Counted from the stretch's first letter, positions 49,296 to 59,291 are shown. The stretch: DNA of 64,000 nucleotides from an uncultured Clostridia bacterium (GCA_934747805.1 CAKVHC010000002.1:16694-80693), one strand, 5' to 3'. Notes: a model not told the origin generated them from the sequence alone. Numbers and translations: made by a program.

Positions 49296-51826
49296 TGCGT
49301 AATATTCTCTTGATTGACGGCAACAACCTAATGTTTAGAGCGTATTATGCACTGCCACCACTTCGCTCGCTTTCTGGCAAGCTTTGTAATGCTGTCTATG
49401 GTTTTTGCAATATGCTGATCGGTGCGATCGACCAGCACAAACCAGACTACATTTTGGTTGCGTTTGACAAAGGCAAAAAGACTTTCCGTCATAAACTTTT
49501 TGCAGACTACAAGGCACAGCGTCATCCAACGCCTGAGGATTTGCTTGCACAGTTTCCTATCGTAAAGGAAATGCTGGAAACAATGGGCGTTAAGTATTAC
49601 GACGACGACCGCTATGAAGCGGATGATATTTTGGGCTGTCTATCCACGCAAAATTGCAAAGACAACGTAATCATCATGTCAGGTGATAGGGACCTTTTGC
49701 AATTGGTGGACAAGTCTGTTTCATTGCAAATGAATAAAAAAGGCGACAGCGAATTCAACCTTATTACGCCCGAAAACATTGTGGAGAATTTCGGCGTCCG
49801 AGCCGACCAAGTAGTCGATTTAAAGGCTCTTATGGGCGACACCAGTGATAACATTCCGGGTGTGGCAGGCGTTGGCGAGAAAACGGCATTAAACTTAATC
49901 CATGAGTATAATGACCTTGACAACGTCTATGCTCATATCGACGAAATTAAGGGTAAACTACACGAAAAACTGCTTAACGGTGTAGACTCTGCCAAGTTGT
50001 CTAAAACCCTCGCAACCATTGACCGAAACTGCGATTTGCCATTCAGCATCACCGACTGCACATATACCTATCCATTTGGCAACGAGGTGAAAGCATTTTT
50101 CACTGAGTACAATTTCAACTCTTTGCTTTCTAGGAGCAAATTGTTTGCCTCCAATGCTGGTGTGGCTGTCGAAGAAAATCAAGATGACGTAGAAGTCGTG
50201 CCTGTGGAGACTAAAGATGATTTGAACGCAATGTTCGACCAAATTTACAACACCAAACAGGTGGCAATCTGTTATTTGGACAAGGTTTGGCATTTCTCAT
50301 TTTCTAGATATTATGAATACACCATCAACTCGCTGGTTAGTGATAGCAACGATTTTGTTTTGGGACTAAAAAAACTGCTCGAAGACGGCGGCGTGGAAAA
50401 GATTTTGTTCGATGCAAAAGACTTTATGCATTTGCTTTCTGGTCAAGAAATTAACCACTTATTCGACCTCAGCATTGCCATATATTTGATTGAACAATCC
50501 GACCGCATTTTAAACGTAGTTGACGGACTAAAACTGATTAATATGAAAGCCAAATTCGTCGCCACAGATATGTTCATTTCTCACACCAAACTTATTGAAG
50601 AACTACAAAACCGTGACCAAAAAGAGCTGTATTACAACATTGAATTGCCGCTAGTAAAAGTGTTGTATGAAATGGAAGAACAGGGCTTCAAAGTGGACAA
50701 GTATGCGATGGCAGAACTTAATGATAAATACACGGCCGAACTGAAAGAGATTGAACAAAAAATTTATTCTCTAGTTGGTAATGAATTTAACATAAACTCG
50801 CCACAGCAGGTGAGCGACCTTTTGTTTAATCAGCTGCAGTTGAAATATCGTGGCAAAAAAAGTACAAGTGCAGACGTATTGGAAGCGATCAGTGACCAAC
50901 ATCCAGTGGTGAAAGAGATTTTACGCTATCGCAAGGTCAACAAATTGCTTAGCACTTACATTTCCGGCTTCTTGCCTTATCTCGACAGTCACGATAAAGT
51001 GCACACCACTTTCATGCAGTCAATCACCAGCACAGGCAGACTTGCCAGTCGTGCACCAAATTTGCAAAATATTCCAGTACGTGATGACGAAGGAAAAACA
51101 CTTAGAAAACTTTTCGTCAGCAGCTTTGACAATGGCAAAATTGTTAGTGCGGACTATAACCAGATCGAACTACGCCTTATGGCGCATTTCAGCCAAGACC
51201 AACTTATGCTTGCCGACTTTAACGCAGGCCATGACATTCACTCCGCCACCGCAAGCAAGGTGTTTGGTGTGCCAATAGATCAGATCACACCTAAACAAAG
51301 ACGTATAGCCAAGACGGTTAACTTCGGCATTATATATGGAATAAGCGAGTATGGTCTAGCCAAAACACTCGACATTAAGCCAAGCGAAGCCAAAGAATTT
51401 ATCGCCAAATATTTTGAAACCTTCCCAGCAGTCAAAGAGTGTATGAACAATAGCGTAATTTCTGCTAAAGAGAAGGGCTATTCACTCACACTTTTCAATC
51501 GCCGTCGTTATATCCCTGAACTCAGTTCTTCCAGTCCACTTGTACGTAAGTTCGGTGAGCGTGTGGCTATCAACGCCCCATTACAGGGCACAGCCAGCGA
51601 CATAATAAAAATTGCAATGCTCAAAGTGAGCAATGCAATTAAGGAAAGGGGCATTAACAGTCGACTGATATTGCAAATCCATGACGAACTTATCGTGGAT
51701 TGCTGTCCAGGCGAAGAAGAAATTGTTAAACAAATTTTACAAGAAAATATGAACGACGTTGTAAAAATCAGCGTTCCATTAAAAGTCGAAGTTTCTATGG
51801 GCAAAAGTTGGTTTGATTGTAAATAG
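49295..51826 (+). CDS. polA: DNA polymerase I
   Basis: 5-prime nuclease N-terminus (LIDGNNLMFRAYYALP). Pol motifs DYNQIELRL, RRIAKTVNFGIIYG and LQIHDEL. TAATG overlap with the upstream stop. Confidence 0.95.
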   Translation: MRNILLIDGNNLMFRAYYALPPLRSLSGKLCNAVYGFCNMLIGAIDQHKPDYILVAFDKGKKTFRHKLFADYKAQRHPTPEDLLAQFPIVKEMLETMGVKYYDDDRYEADDILGCLSTQNCKDNVIIMSGDRDLLQLVDKSVSLQMNKKGDSEFNLITPENIVENFGVRADQVVDLKALMGDTSDNIPGVAGVGEKTALNLIHEYNDLDNVYAHIDEIKGKLHEKLLNGVDSAKLSKTLATIDRNCDLPFSITDCTYTYPFGNEVKAFFTEYNFNSLLSRSKLFASNAGVAVEENQDDVEVVPVETKDDLNAMFDQIYNTKQVAICYLDKVWHFSFSRYYEYTINSLVSDSNDFVLGLKKLLEDGGVEKILFDAKDFMHLLSGQEINHLFDLSIAIYLIEQSDRILNVVDGLKLINMKAKFVATDMFISHTKLIEELQNRDQKELYYNIELPLVKVLYEMEEQGFKVDKYAMAELNDKYTAELKEIEQKIYSLVGNEFNINSPQQVSDLLFNQLQLKYRGKKSTSADVLEAISDQHPVVKEILRYRKVNKLLSTYISGFLPYLDSHDKVHTTFMQSITSTGRLASRAPNLQNIPVRDDEGKTLRKLFVSSFDNGKIVSADYNQIELRLMAHFSQDQLMLADFNAGHDIHSATASKVFGVPIDQITPKQRRIAKTVNFGIIYGISEYGLAKTLDIKPSEAKEFIAKYFETFPAVKECMNNSVISAKEKGYSLTLFNRRRYIPELSSSSPLVRKFGERVAINAPLQGTASDIIKIAMLKVSNAIKERGINSRLILQIHDELIVDCCPGEEEIVKQILQENMNDVVKISVPLKVEVSMGKSWFDCK

Positions 51827-51828
51827 AG

Positions 51829-51852
51829 AAAAGAGCATATGCTCTTTTTTTT
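51829..51852. terminator. terminator (palindromic) after polA
   Basis: AAAGAGCATATGCTCTTT followed by a T-run. Confidence 0.75.
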
Positions 51853-52051
51853 AGATGAAAGAACGATTTACACCAGGACAATTTGATGTGCAGTTGCCTG
51901 AATTTGAAGATGACGAATTGCCAGTGCGATATGCACCCAATGCCAACAGCAACAAAAGTAAAAAGTTGGTGTTGGTTGCCAGCTCGGTGTTGGTGGCTTG
52001 TGCGATAACTCCAATCAACAACACAATCAAAATATCTTGCGAAAATGTCAT
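51851..52051 (-). CDS. possible small membrane protein (66 aa)
   Basis: Minus strand GGAGGGAGAA-ATG is a good RBS. One hydrophobic helix. A plus-strand ORF at 51855-52115 competes but lacks an RBS. Confidence 0.3.
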   Translation of the reverse strand: MTFSQDILIVLLIGVIAQATNTELATNTNFLLLLLLALGAYRTGNSSSSNSGNCTSNCPGVNRSFI

Positions 52052-52154
52052 TTCTCCCTCCATAAAACAAAATAATTGGTTTTTCTTATATATTCCACAA
52101 AATATACTTTTGTGATAGTTTGGAAGAATCTCAAAAAGGTCTTATACTATAACT

Positions 52155-52508
52155 ATGTTAAGTTTACAAGAGTACACGAAAGACCAAGCAGAAAGAGCCA
52201 TTATTGAAGAGAATATGCCCAACGTGGAGAATGTAAAAAAGTTGTCAAACTACTTTTCCATTTTTGCCGATTGCACAAGGCTACGCATTCTAATTTTGCT
52301 ATCAATCAGGCAAATGCAAGTGGGCGATATCGCCGAGTATTTAGGCATCAATCAAACAACCACTAGTCACCAACTCAAAATTCTCAAATTTAACAATGTA
52401 GTCGACTACATACGAGAGGGCAAGAACATAACATATTTTCTAAAAGACGACTTTTTTGTGAAAATGATGAACTATGTTGTAGACGAAGTTGCGTCTATAG
52501 CTATATAA
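52155..52508 (+). CDS. ArsR/SmtB-family transcriptional regulator
   Basis: FSIFADCTRLRILILL...VGDIAEYLGINQTTTSHQLKILKFNNVV winged-HTH pattern. Confidence 0.8.
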   Translation: MLSLQEYTKDQAERAIIEENMPNVENVKKLSNYFSIFADCTRLRILILLSIRQMQVGDIAEYLGINQTTTSHQLKILKFNNVVDYIREGKNITYFLKDDFFVKMMNYVVDEVASIAI

Positions 52509-52621
52509 TAGTTTATGTCAAACATATTTTAAATAAATTTTAAATTTAAGGTCAATTTATTTGGCTTTTCTTTTATTTTATTGTAAAATAGAGTAAGCCT
52601 AGTTATGCGTGGAGGATATTG

Positions 52622-53803
52622 ATGAATGCAAAAACGTTAAAGGACATTGACGTTGAGAATAAAAAAGTCCTATTAAGAGTAGATTTTAATGTACCATTCC
52701 AAGAAGGCAAGATTGTTGATGATAGTCGCATTGTTGCCGCACTTGACACTATAAAATATTTAATTGACCACAATGCGATTGTTATTATTTGTTCGCACTT
52801 GGGTCGTCCAGACGGTAAAAAGGACAAAAAATATAGCCTTGAACCTGTTGCCAATTACCTTGCAAAATTGTTGCAAAAGGACGTTCTGTTCGTCGAGGAC
52901 ATTTTCGGCAAAAATACCAAGCCGTTAATTGAGAACCTTGAACCAAAAGACGTTGTACTTTTGGAGAATGTGCGTTTCTATAAGCAAGAAGAGGAATGTG
53001 AAAAAGAGTTTAGCAAGAAACTTGCAAGTCTTGCCGACATTTATGTGAATGATGCGTTCGGCACTATGCATCGTAAACATGCCAGCACTTATGGTGTGGC
53101 TGAATATTTGCCTAGCGCAGTTGGTCTTTTGGTTGAGAAAGAACTGTCCGCCTTTGACAAACTTAACAACCCAGAACGCCCACTTGTTGCCATTTTGGGC
53201 GGCGCAAAGGTCAAAGACAAATTGCCTATTGTAGAGAACCTATTGAACATTGCCGACACCATTTTGATTGGCGGTGGAATGAGTTATACTTTTGTGAAAG
53301 CCATCGGTGGAGAAGTTGGCGATTCACTTGTTGATGAAACCAAAGTTGAACTGGCAGGCAAGATTTTGGAGAAAGCCAAGGAAAAAGGCGTGAATATCGT
53401 GCTGCCAATTGACAACGTCTGTGCCAACGCATTTAGAATCGACGCAGAGAAAAAGAGCTTTAACAGTGCATTCATTCCAATGGGCTATCAGGGTATGGAC
53501 ATTGGCAAAAAGACTATCAAGCTTTTCAAAAAATACATTCGCTCAGCCAAGACAATTGTATGGAATGGACCAATGGGAGTGTATGAGTTCCCACGCTTTG
53601 CAAAAGGAACAATCAAGATTGCTAAAGCCGTTGCCAAGAGCCGAGCATATAGCATAATCGGCGGCGGAGATAGTGCTGCCAGCATCAAATCTTTGAAACT
53701 AAACAAAAAAGTAGGACACATTTCAACTGGTGGCGGTGTTTCACTTCGACTTTTGGAAGGAAAGACTTTACCAGCCGTAGACATTATTTCTAGTCAAAAC
53801 TAA
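52622..53803 (+). CDS. pgk: phosphoglycerate kinase
   Basis: VLLRVDFNVP, SHLGRP, GGGDS.... GGAGG RBS before ATG 52622. Confidence 0.95.
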   Translation: MNAKTLKDIDVENKKVLLRVDFNVPFQEGKIVDDSRIVAALDTIKYLIDHNAIVIICSHLGRPDGKKDKKYSLEPVANYLAKLLQKDVLFVEDIFGKNTKPLIENLEPKDVVLLENVRFYKQEEECEKEFSKKLASLADIYVNDAFGTMHRKHASTYGVAEYLPSAVGLLVEKELSAFDKLNNPERPLVAILGGAKVKDKLPIVENLLNIADTILIGGGMSYTFVKAIGGEVGDSLVDETKVELAGKILEKAKEKGVNIVLPIDNVCANAFRIDAEKKSFNSAFIPMGYQGMDIGKKTIKLFKKYIRSAKTIVWNGPMGVYEFPRFAKGTIKIAKAVAKSRAYSIIGGGDSAASIKSLKLNKKVGHISTGGGVSLRLLEGKTLPAVDIISSQN

Positions 53804-53828
53804 TGTTAAAAAAACGAAGGAGTTAAAT

Positions 53829-55343
53829 ATGACAAGTCGTAAAGGTGTTTTAGTTATTTTGGACGGCTATGGAGAAGCCGAAAAAACTGTCCGCAATCCA
53901 GCGTATGTGGCGTATACACCATTTTTGGACTATTTGAAAAGATATTGTCCAACCACATACATTCAGGCCAGCGGTGAAGCTGTTGGCGTCAAGCCGGGTC
54001 AAATGGGCAATAGTGAGATTGGGCACTTGAACATTGGCGGCGGACGTGTTGTAGAGCAAATAGGCGTTCGCATAACACGAGAACTTAACAACAACTATTT
54101 GTCCAAGAATAAGAAGTTCAATGCACTTATCAAGGACACCATTGATGGCAAGGGCGCAATGCATATTGTTGGGCTTTTGTCCGATATAGGCACGCATGCT
54201 GAGATTGCACATATGTACAAGTTGATTGATCATGCAGTCAAAATGAATGTGCCTCGTGTTTATCTGCACTTAATTACAGACGGCCGTGATGAAGCAACTG
54301 ACGGCGGTCTGCAACACCTTATCGACCTTGAGAACTATATTGCTCCATACAAGAATGTAAAAATCGCCAGCATAGGTGGTAGATATTTTGGCATGGATCG
54401 TGATAGATACATTGACCGCACCCAGCTCGCATTCAACTCTATGTTTATGCCTAATCAAGACGTCAGCAAGGTGAGTGCAGAGGAATATCTAAAGGCAAAT
54501 TATCAGGAAGGTGTGTCGGACGAATTTATTATTCCTGTTCGTCTTCTCAACGACAAGCAATTCAAGTCCTGTGCCAACGATATGGTCGTTTTCTATAACT
54601 TCCGTGCAGACCGTATGCGCCAGATTTGTCAAATGTGCATTGATACAATGCCAGAAAGCGTAAAATTGGTGTCTATGACACAATACAGTGAAGCAGAAGA
54701 TTTCAAACATTTCTTCGTGCTATTCCCAGAACAACTTATCCACAACGGATTGACTGAATATCTGACAAACAACGGCCATAAGGTGCTGAAAGTGGCAGAA
54801 ACAACCAAGTATGCTCACGTGACATATTTCTTCAACGGCGAAATCGAAAAGGCTTTTGACGGTGAAGACAGAGTGCTTATTCAAGGCAAAAATTTCAAAA
54901 CGACTAATATTCCACCTTCAATGCGTACTAGAGAGATCACAAACGCAGTTATCAAAGGCATTAAGCGTGACGAATACGATTTGATTGTTGTTAACTATGC
55001 CAGCCCTGACATCATTGGGCATACAGCTGATTTGAAACGTTGTATCAAGGCACTTGAAATCTTAGATGCTAATTTGCAAAAATTGGTCGCAAAAGCAGCG
55101 AATGCAGGCTATTTCGTAGCTGTCACAGCCGATCATGGCAACATTGAATATGTGCGTGACGAACGCAACAAGCCTTTCCCAGCCCACACGACCAACCCAG
55201 TAATGTTCACAATCGTTGACCAAACAATGCCAGATATCAAAATGGCAACTGGCGGCAAATTGGCCGACGTTGCACCAACAATTTTGAAACTGATGGGCGA
55301 AAAGCCAAATCCTGACTTTACAGGCACGCCATTGTATAAATAA
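53829..55343 (+). CDS. gpmI: 2,3-bisphosphoglycerate-independent phosphoglycerate mutase
   Basis: VLVILDGYG, GNSEIGHLNIGGGR, ADHGN. Length is 504 aa. Confidence 0.93.
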   Translation: MTSRKGVLVILDGYGEAEKTVRNPAYVAYTPFLDYLKRYCPTTYIQASGEAVGVKPGQMGNSEIGHLNIGGGRVVEQIGVRITRELNNNYLSKNKKFNALIKDTIDGKGAMHIVGLLSDIGTHAEIAHMYKLIDHAVKMNVPRVYLHLITDGRDEATDGGLQHLIDLENYIAPYKNVKIASIGGRYFGMDRDRYIDRTQLAFNSMFMPNQDVSKVSAEEYLKANYQEGVSDEFIIPVRLLNDKQFKSCANDMVVFYNFRADRMRQICQMCIDTMPESVKLVSMTQYSEAEDFKHFFVLFPEQLIHNGLTEYLTNNGHKVLKVAETTKYAHVTYFFNGEIEKAFDGEDRVLIQGKNFKTTNIPPSMRTREITNAVIKGIKRDEYDLIVVNYASPDIIGHTADLKRCIKALEILDANLQKLVAKAANAGYFVAVTADHGNIEYVRDERNKPFPAHTTNPVMFTIVDQTMPDIKMATGGKLADVAPTILKLMGEKPNPDFTGTPLYK

Positions 55344-55385
55344 ATTCAATCTTGACAACTGATAAATTGGTGATATAATGCGAGT

Positions 55386-55607
55386 ATGATTAGTACTTTG
55401 TTTAATTATATCACCGATTTTATTCGTGGACTCACTAGTTTTCAGTATGTGTTCATTATTTGCGTGATTTTCATCGTGTGTTTGACATTTATAAAGAACT
55501 TTTTGAAAGCAAACAAGGGCGACACTGACAAAGTAAACAAATTGCCTTGCATATTAGGTGTCGCAATTTGTCTAATTGTTTTAGTGAGTATTTCGTCAAT
55601 TAGATAG
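55386..55607 (+). CDS. small membrane protein (73 aa)
   Basis: Two hydrophobic helices. Preceded by a TTGACA-17-TATAAT promoter. Confidence 0.5.
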   Translation: MISTLFNYITDFIRGLTSFQYVFIICVIFIVCLTFIKNFLKANKGDTDKVNKLPCILGVAICLIVLVSISSIR

Positions 55608-55703
55608 TGAATTGCTTGATTAATTTGTGAGATTGTGGTAAAATCTCATAGTAACATAAATAAAGCGTTGGGTGAACTTGTTTCACCATTATAGGAGATA
55701 TAT

Positions 55704-56009
55704 ATGCTTAATTTTTTACTCGACCAACCAATCAGTGATTTTAGTGCGTGGTTTTTCCCAACCGCACGTATCATTTTAGTTGTGCTTATGAGTTTGTGTG
55801 CCATTGCTGTCATCGTTCTCACTTTCATGCAACTAGACAACAACAGCGATGTTGGTAACGTCATCACAGGCAACCGTGAGAGTTACTATTCTCAGAACAA
55901 AGGTAATAACAAACAAGGACGTTTAACCAAATGGATCATCATTTGTGGCATCATCATTGCAGTTAGCATCATTTTGTTCTTCTTGACCTATTTGGGCAAC
56001 ACAATTTAG
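55704..56009 (+). CDS. secG: preprotein translocase subunit SecG
   Basis: Two TM helices with a central ...LTFMQLDNNSDVGNVITG... loop. AGGAG RBS. Sits in the conserved secG-rnr-smpB-ssrA order known from Bacillus. Confidence 0.6.
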   Translation: MLNFLLDQPISDFSAWFFPTARIILVVLMSLCAIAVIVLTFMQLDNNSDVGNVITGNRESYYSQNKGNNKQGRLTKWIIICGIIIAVSIILFFLTYLGNTI

Positions 56010-56031
56010 ACACTTAATAGTGTCTTTTTTA
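56008..56031 (+). terminator. rho-independent terminator
   Basis: AGACACT-taat-AGTGTCT followed by a T-run. Confidence 0.75.
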
Positions 56032-56032
56032 T

Positions 56033-56061
56033 TTGCCAAAATTTGTGTGCTAGTGTAAAAT
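56033..56061 (+). promoter_or_regulatory. sigma-A promoter placing the transcription start at or next to the rnr ATG (leaderless candidate)
   Basis: TTGCCA (56033-56038), 17-nt spacer, TAAAAT (56056-56061). The ATG is at 56068 and there is no SD. Confidence 0.5.
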
Positions 56062-56067
56062 GATTAT

Positions 56068-58371
56068 ATGAAAGAAGAAATACTAGACTATATTACATCA
56101 AATCAATTGTTATATTTGAGAAAAAAAGAACTGACCTCGCTTTTAAAGGCACGTTTTGAATTTGTAAACGTTGACAAAATTATCGACGAGTTGCTTGACA
56201 GTGGCGACTTATTTTTAGATGCCAGCAACAAAATCTGTTCAACCAAGAGCAAAGGTTATTTGAAAGGCAAAATCATTGGCAACGCAAAAGGTTTTGGTTT
56301 TTGCAAGGTGGACGGCGAAGAGCAGGACGTGTTTATCCCTGCCAGCAAACTTAATGGCGCTGTAAACAACGACTTTGTGTTGATAAAGATTGACTATCGT
56401 CCGCAGGACAATAATCCAGAGGGCTGTGTAATTAAGGTTTTGAAACGTGGCACTAACGAAGTGGTCGGCAGATTTGAACGCACGAAGAGTTGCGGCTATG
56501 TTTTCAGCGATGACACCAAGTTTAGTGCAGGCGTTTATATCGCCAAGCAAAACTTTAAAACTGCGCAAGACGGCGATCGTGTCGTTGCACGAATTATAGA
56601 TTTTGGTGATGGCATGAACCGAAAAATTTGTGGCGAGATTGTTGAAGTGTTGGGCAGATACGATGACGAATCGGGTGAGGAAGATGCACTTATTAGGCAG
56701 TTCAAAGTACGCACCGAATTTGATCCAGCCACACTCGAAGAAGCCAAGCGAATTCGTTCGGTGGTCGTCGAAAAAGATTTTGCAGGCAGGGAAGACTTCC
56801 GTAACCTTAACATTTTTACAATCGACGGCAGTGATACACGTGATGTGGATGATGCCATAAGTGTTCGCAAGCTCAAAAAAGGCGTGTATCGTGTGGGTGT
56901 TCATATTGCTGACGTTAGCAACTATGTCAAGCCAGATAGTGCGTTGGATAAAGAAGCATTCGATCGTGGCACGAGCGTTTATTTCCCTGACCGTGTGTTG
57001 CCTATGCTCCCGGTCGAACTATCTAACGGAATTTGCTCGCTGAACGAAGGGGTTGACCGTTTGGCTTTGTCCGTGATTATGGATTTGGATGAAAACGCCA
57101 ATTTGCTCTATAGTGACGTCTGCGAAAGCATCGTCAATATAAAAAAGCACCTTGTTTACGATGACGTATATTTAGCATTGCAAGGCGACCCCATACAAGT
57201 GGAAAAATTGCAATCCGTTTTGCCAGACCTAAAGATTTTGGCTGACTTAACACTCAAACTTGAACAAAAGCGTCACAATCGTGGAGCAATCGACTTAGAC
57301 ATGCCAGAAGCGTATATTGAAGTGGACGACAAGGGCGACGTGACCAACATCACCAAGCGACCTCGCACTCTCGCTCATCGCCTTATTGAAAGCTTTATGA
57401 TTTTGGCTAATGAGACGGTTGCCAACAGATACTTTATTAAGAAGACGCCTTTTGTCTATCGTGTGCATGAGAAACCTGACCCAGCCAAGCTGAATAGATT
57501 TTTGAAATTTGCTGAGTTGCATGGTTATAACACTTTCAAAATTAACCCAGAAGAAGTTAAACCAATGGAGTTGCAAAAACTTTTGGAAAGCGTGAAGGAC
57601 AATGTCGTGCGTGAGACGATGAGCAGTGTGTTGTTACGTAGTCTTGCCAAGGCACGATACGCACCAGAGTGCTTAGGTCACTATGGCATTGCTAGTACGT
57701 ATTATTGTCACTTCACATCGCCAATTAGACGTTATCCAGACCTTGCAATTCATCGCATGATTAAGATGGATTTGCACGACAAAATTTCCAGCGAAAACAA
57801 ACCTTATCTTGAAGAATTTGTCAAGCAAGCGAGCGAGCGTTCAAGTGATATGGAAGTGGTGGCAGACGATGCTGAGCGTGCCGTTGACGATTTGAAAAAA
57901 TGTCAGTATATGAAGTCATTTGTCGGACAGAGTTTCCTTGCACGTGTTACAGGTGTTCAAGAGTTCGGCATATTTGTAATGCTAGACAATACGGTTGAAG
58001 GCTTGGTTCGACTTGAGGCCTTGCCTGACGACGATTACAGCTTTGACGACCTTGCCATAACGCTGAAAGGGAATAGTCATTCATACACTCTAGGCGATGA
58101 AGTAGAGGTGACACTTTTGTCATCGGATATCAAGGCTCGCAAGCTCAGCTTTGCAATCAAAGGCGTAGAGCCACGTCCACGTGAATTTGAAAGCCAAATT
58201 AAAAATGTAAATAAAATTAATAAAAAAAATAATAATTACAAAAATAATAAAAATGAAAAAATAAATAAAAATTTATCTAAAAAATCTAATAAATCTAATA
58301 AAAATAATGAGAAATTAAATAAATCAAATAAAAAATCTAATAAAAAAGATTCAAATAAAAAAAGAAAATAA
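56068..58371 (+). CDS. rnr: ribonuclease R with Lys/Asn-rich C-terminal tail
   Basis: RNB motifs TIDGSDTRDVDDAISV and HFTSPIRRYPDL, C-terminal S1 domain, then a KNVNKINKKNNNYKNNKNEK... tail. Confidence 0.93.
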   Translation: MKEEILDYITSNQLLYLRKKELTSLLKARFEFVNVDKIIDELLDSGDLFLDASNKICSTKSKGYLKGKIIGNAKGFGFCKVDGEEQDVFIPASKLNGAVNNDFVLIKIDYRPQDNNPEGCVIKVLKRGTNEVVGRFERTKSCGYVFSDDTKFSAGVYIAKQNFKTAQDGDRVVARIIDFGDGMNRKICGEIVEVLGRYDDESGEEDALIRQFKVRTEFDPATLEEAKRIRSVVVEKDFAGREDFRNLNIFTIDGSDTRDVDDAISVRKLKKGVYRVGVHIADVSNYVKPDSALDKEAFDRGTSVYFPDRVLPMLPVELSNGICSLNEGVDRLALSVIMDLDENANLLYSDVCESIVNIKKHLVYDDVYLALQGDPIQVEKLQSVLPDLKILADLTLKLEQKRHNRGAIDLDMPEAYIEVDDKGDVTNITKRPRTLAHRLIESFMILANETVANRYFIKKTPFVYRVHEKPDPAKLNRFLKFAELHGYNTFKINPEEVKPMELQKLLESVKDNVVRETMSSVLLRSLAKARYAPECLGHYGIASTYYCHFTSPIRRYPDLAIHRMIKMDLHDKISSENKPYLEEFVKQASERSSDMEVVADDAERAVDDLKKCQYMKSFVGQSFLARVTGVQEFGIFVMLDNTVEGLVRLEALPDDDYSFDDLAITLKGNSHSYTLGDEVEVTLLSSDIKARKLSFAIKGVEPRPREFESQIKNVNKINKKNNNYKNNKNEKINKNLSKKSNKSNKNNEKLNKSNKKSNKKDSNKKRK

Positions 58372-58373
58372 TT

Positions 58374-58401
58374 AAATAAACCTTTTTAGGTTTATTTTTT
58401 T
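58374..58401 (+). terminator. rho-independent terminator
   Basis: AAATAAACC-ttttta-GGTTTATTT followed by a T-run. Confidence 0.65.
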
Positions 58402-58441
58402 ACGTAAATAATTAAAAAATAAAATTAATTATTTTTATATA

Positions 58442-58470
58442 TTGATTTTAAAAATAATATTTGCTATAAT
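58442..58470 (+). promoter_or_regulatory. sigma-A promoter (extended -10) of smpB-ssrA
   Basis: TTGATT (58442-58447), 17-nt spacer, TGcTATAAT (hexamer 58465-58470). Confidence 0.55.
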
Positions 58471-58489
58471 TAATGCGTTAGGAGTTTTT

Positions 58490-58951
58490 GTGGAAAACAT
58501 TTGTCAGAACAAACGTGCATCATTTGATTACGAACTTTTGGACAGATATGAGGCTGGCGTTGTTTTGACTGGCGACGAGATTAAGTCGGTGCGTGCAGGT
58601 AGCATGTCATTGAATGACAGTTTTTGCCTTGTGCGTAATGGGCAAGTGATTTTGAAAAACGCATACATCAAGCCGTACACAAATGCTTACAGCGGATATC
58701 AAGGCAAGCACGATGCTCGTCAAGATAGAGTGTTGCTTTTGAATAAGTATGAGATTAAGCAAATCAAAAATGCGATCGAACAAAAAGCACTCACGATTGT
58801 ACCTACACGTGCATATTTTGTGAAGCATCTTGTCAAAGTGGAAATTGCAGTCGCACGTGGTAAAAAACTTTTTAACAAGAAAGACAGCATCAAGGAAAAA
58901 GACATAGCTCGCTCAAGCCAGCGAGCATTGGCGGACATGGGGATGAAATAG
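58490..58951 (+). CDS. smpB: SsrA-binding protein SmpB
   Basis: GTG start 5 nt after AGGAG. NKRASFDYELLDRYEAGVVLTGDEIKSVR. The stop TAG (58949-58951) lies inside the tmRNA 5-prime acceptor region. Confidence 0.9.
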   Translation: MENICQNKRASFDYELLDRYEAGVVLTGDEIKSVRAGSMSLNDSFCLVRNGQVILKNAYIKPYTNAYSGYQGKHDARQDRVLLLNKYEIKQIKNAIEQKALTIVPTRAYFVKHLVKVEIAVARGKKLFNKKDSIKEKDIARSSQRALADMGMK

Positions 58952-59282
58952 TTTCGACAGTGTTGGTTAGGTTAGAATACGCATGTAGTAGTAGGCGCTA
59001 CTATAAAAACCAAATCGTTTAATAAACGCAAACAATAATACTGTAGCTGTTGCTGCCTAGTCAGCCAGCCGTTGACCTACTTGCACCGAAAGGGTAGCCA
59101 TCAACGTCATAATTTCGGTGAACGGATACGTTCCATTTCTCTAAAACGTGTCGGCACTCAGAGAATAGCTTGGCACAAGTCGTTAGCAGACTTCACCAAG
59201 TGAAATTGATTGCTAACTAAACATGTAGTGTATTCAGCAGATTCAATATTGGACATGGGTGCAACTCCCATCATCTCCACCA
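58939..59282 (+). ncRNA. ssrA: tmRNA (ssrA), tag reading frame GCA..TAG 59028-59060 encoding ANNNTVAVAA
   Basis: 5-prime GGGGAUGAAAUAGUUUCGACAG pairs with 3-prime CAUCUCC-A-CCA, including the G3-U pair. T-arm is AUGGG-UGCAACU-CCCAU. The tag ends in the typical ...AVAA-stop. Confidence 0.9.
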
Positions 59283-59291
59283 CAATTTATA

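Noticed and set aside
51855-52115. Plus-strand 86-aa ORF after polA
   Set aside because: It has no RBS and starts within the polA terminator tail. The minus-strand ORF with a GGAGG RBS is somewhat more plausible, but it too is low confidence.
52622-55343. pgk directly followed by gpmI without tpiA or eno as a sign of pathway loss
   Set aside because: Gene-order variation alone is uninformative. tpiA and eno may lie elsewhere in the genome, which cannot be judged from this window.
58195-58371. AT-rich reiterated aaataa/aataaa sequence at the end of rnr as a separate repeat element
   Set aside because: It is in frame and encodes a Lys/Asn-rich basic tail. Such tails are common at RNase R C-termini.
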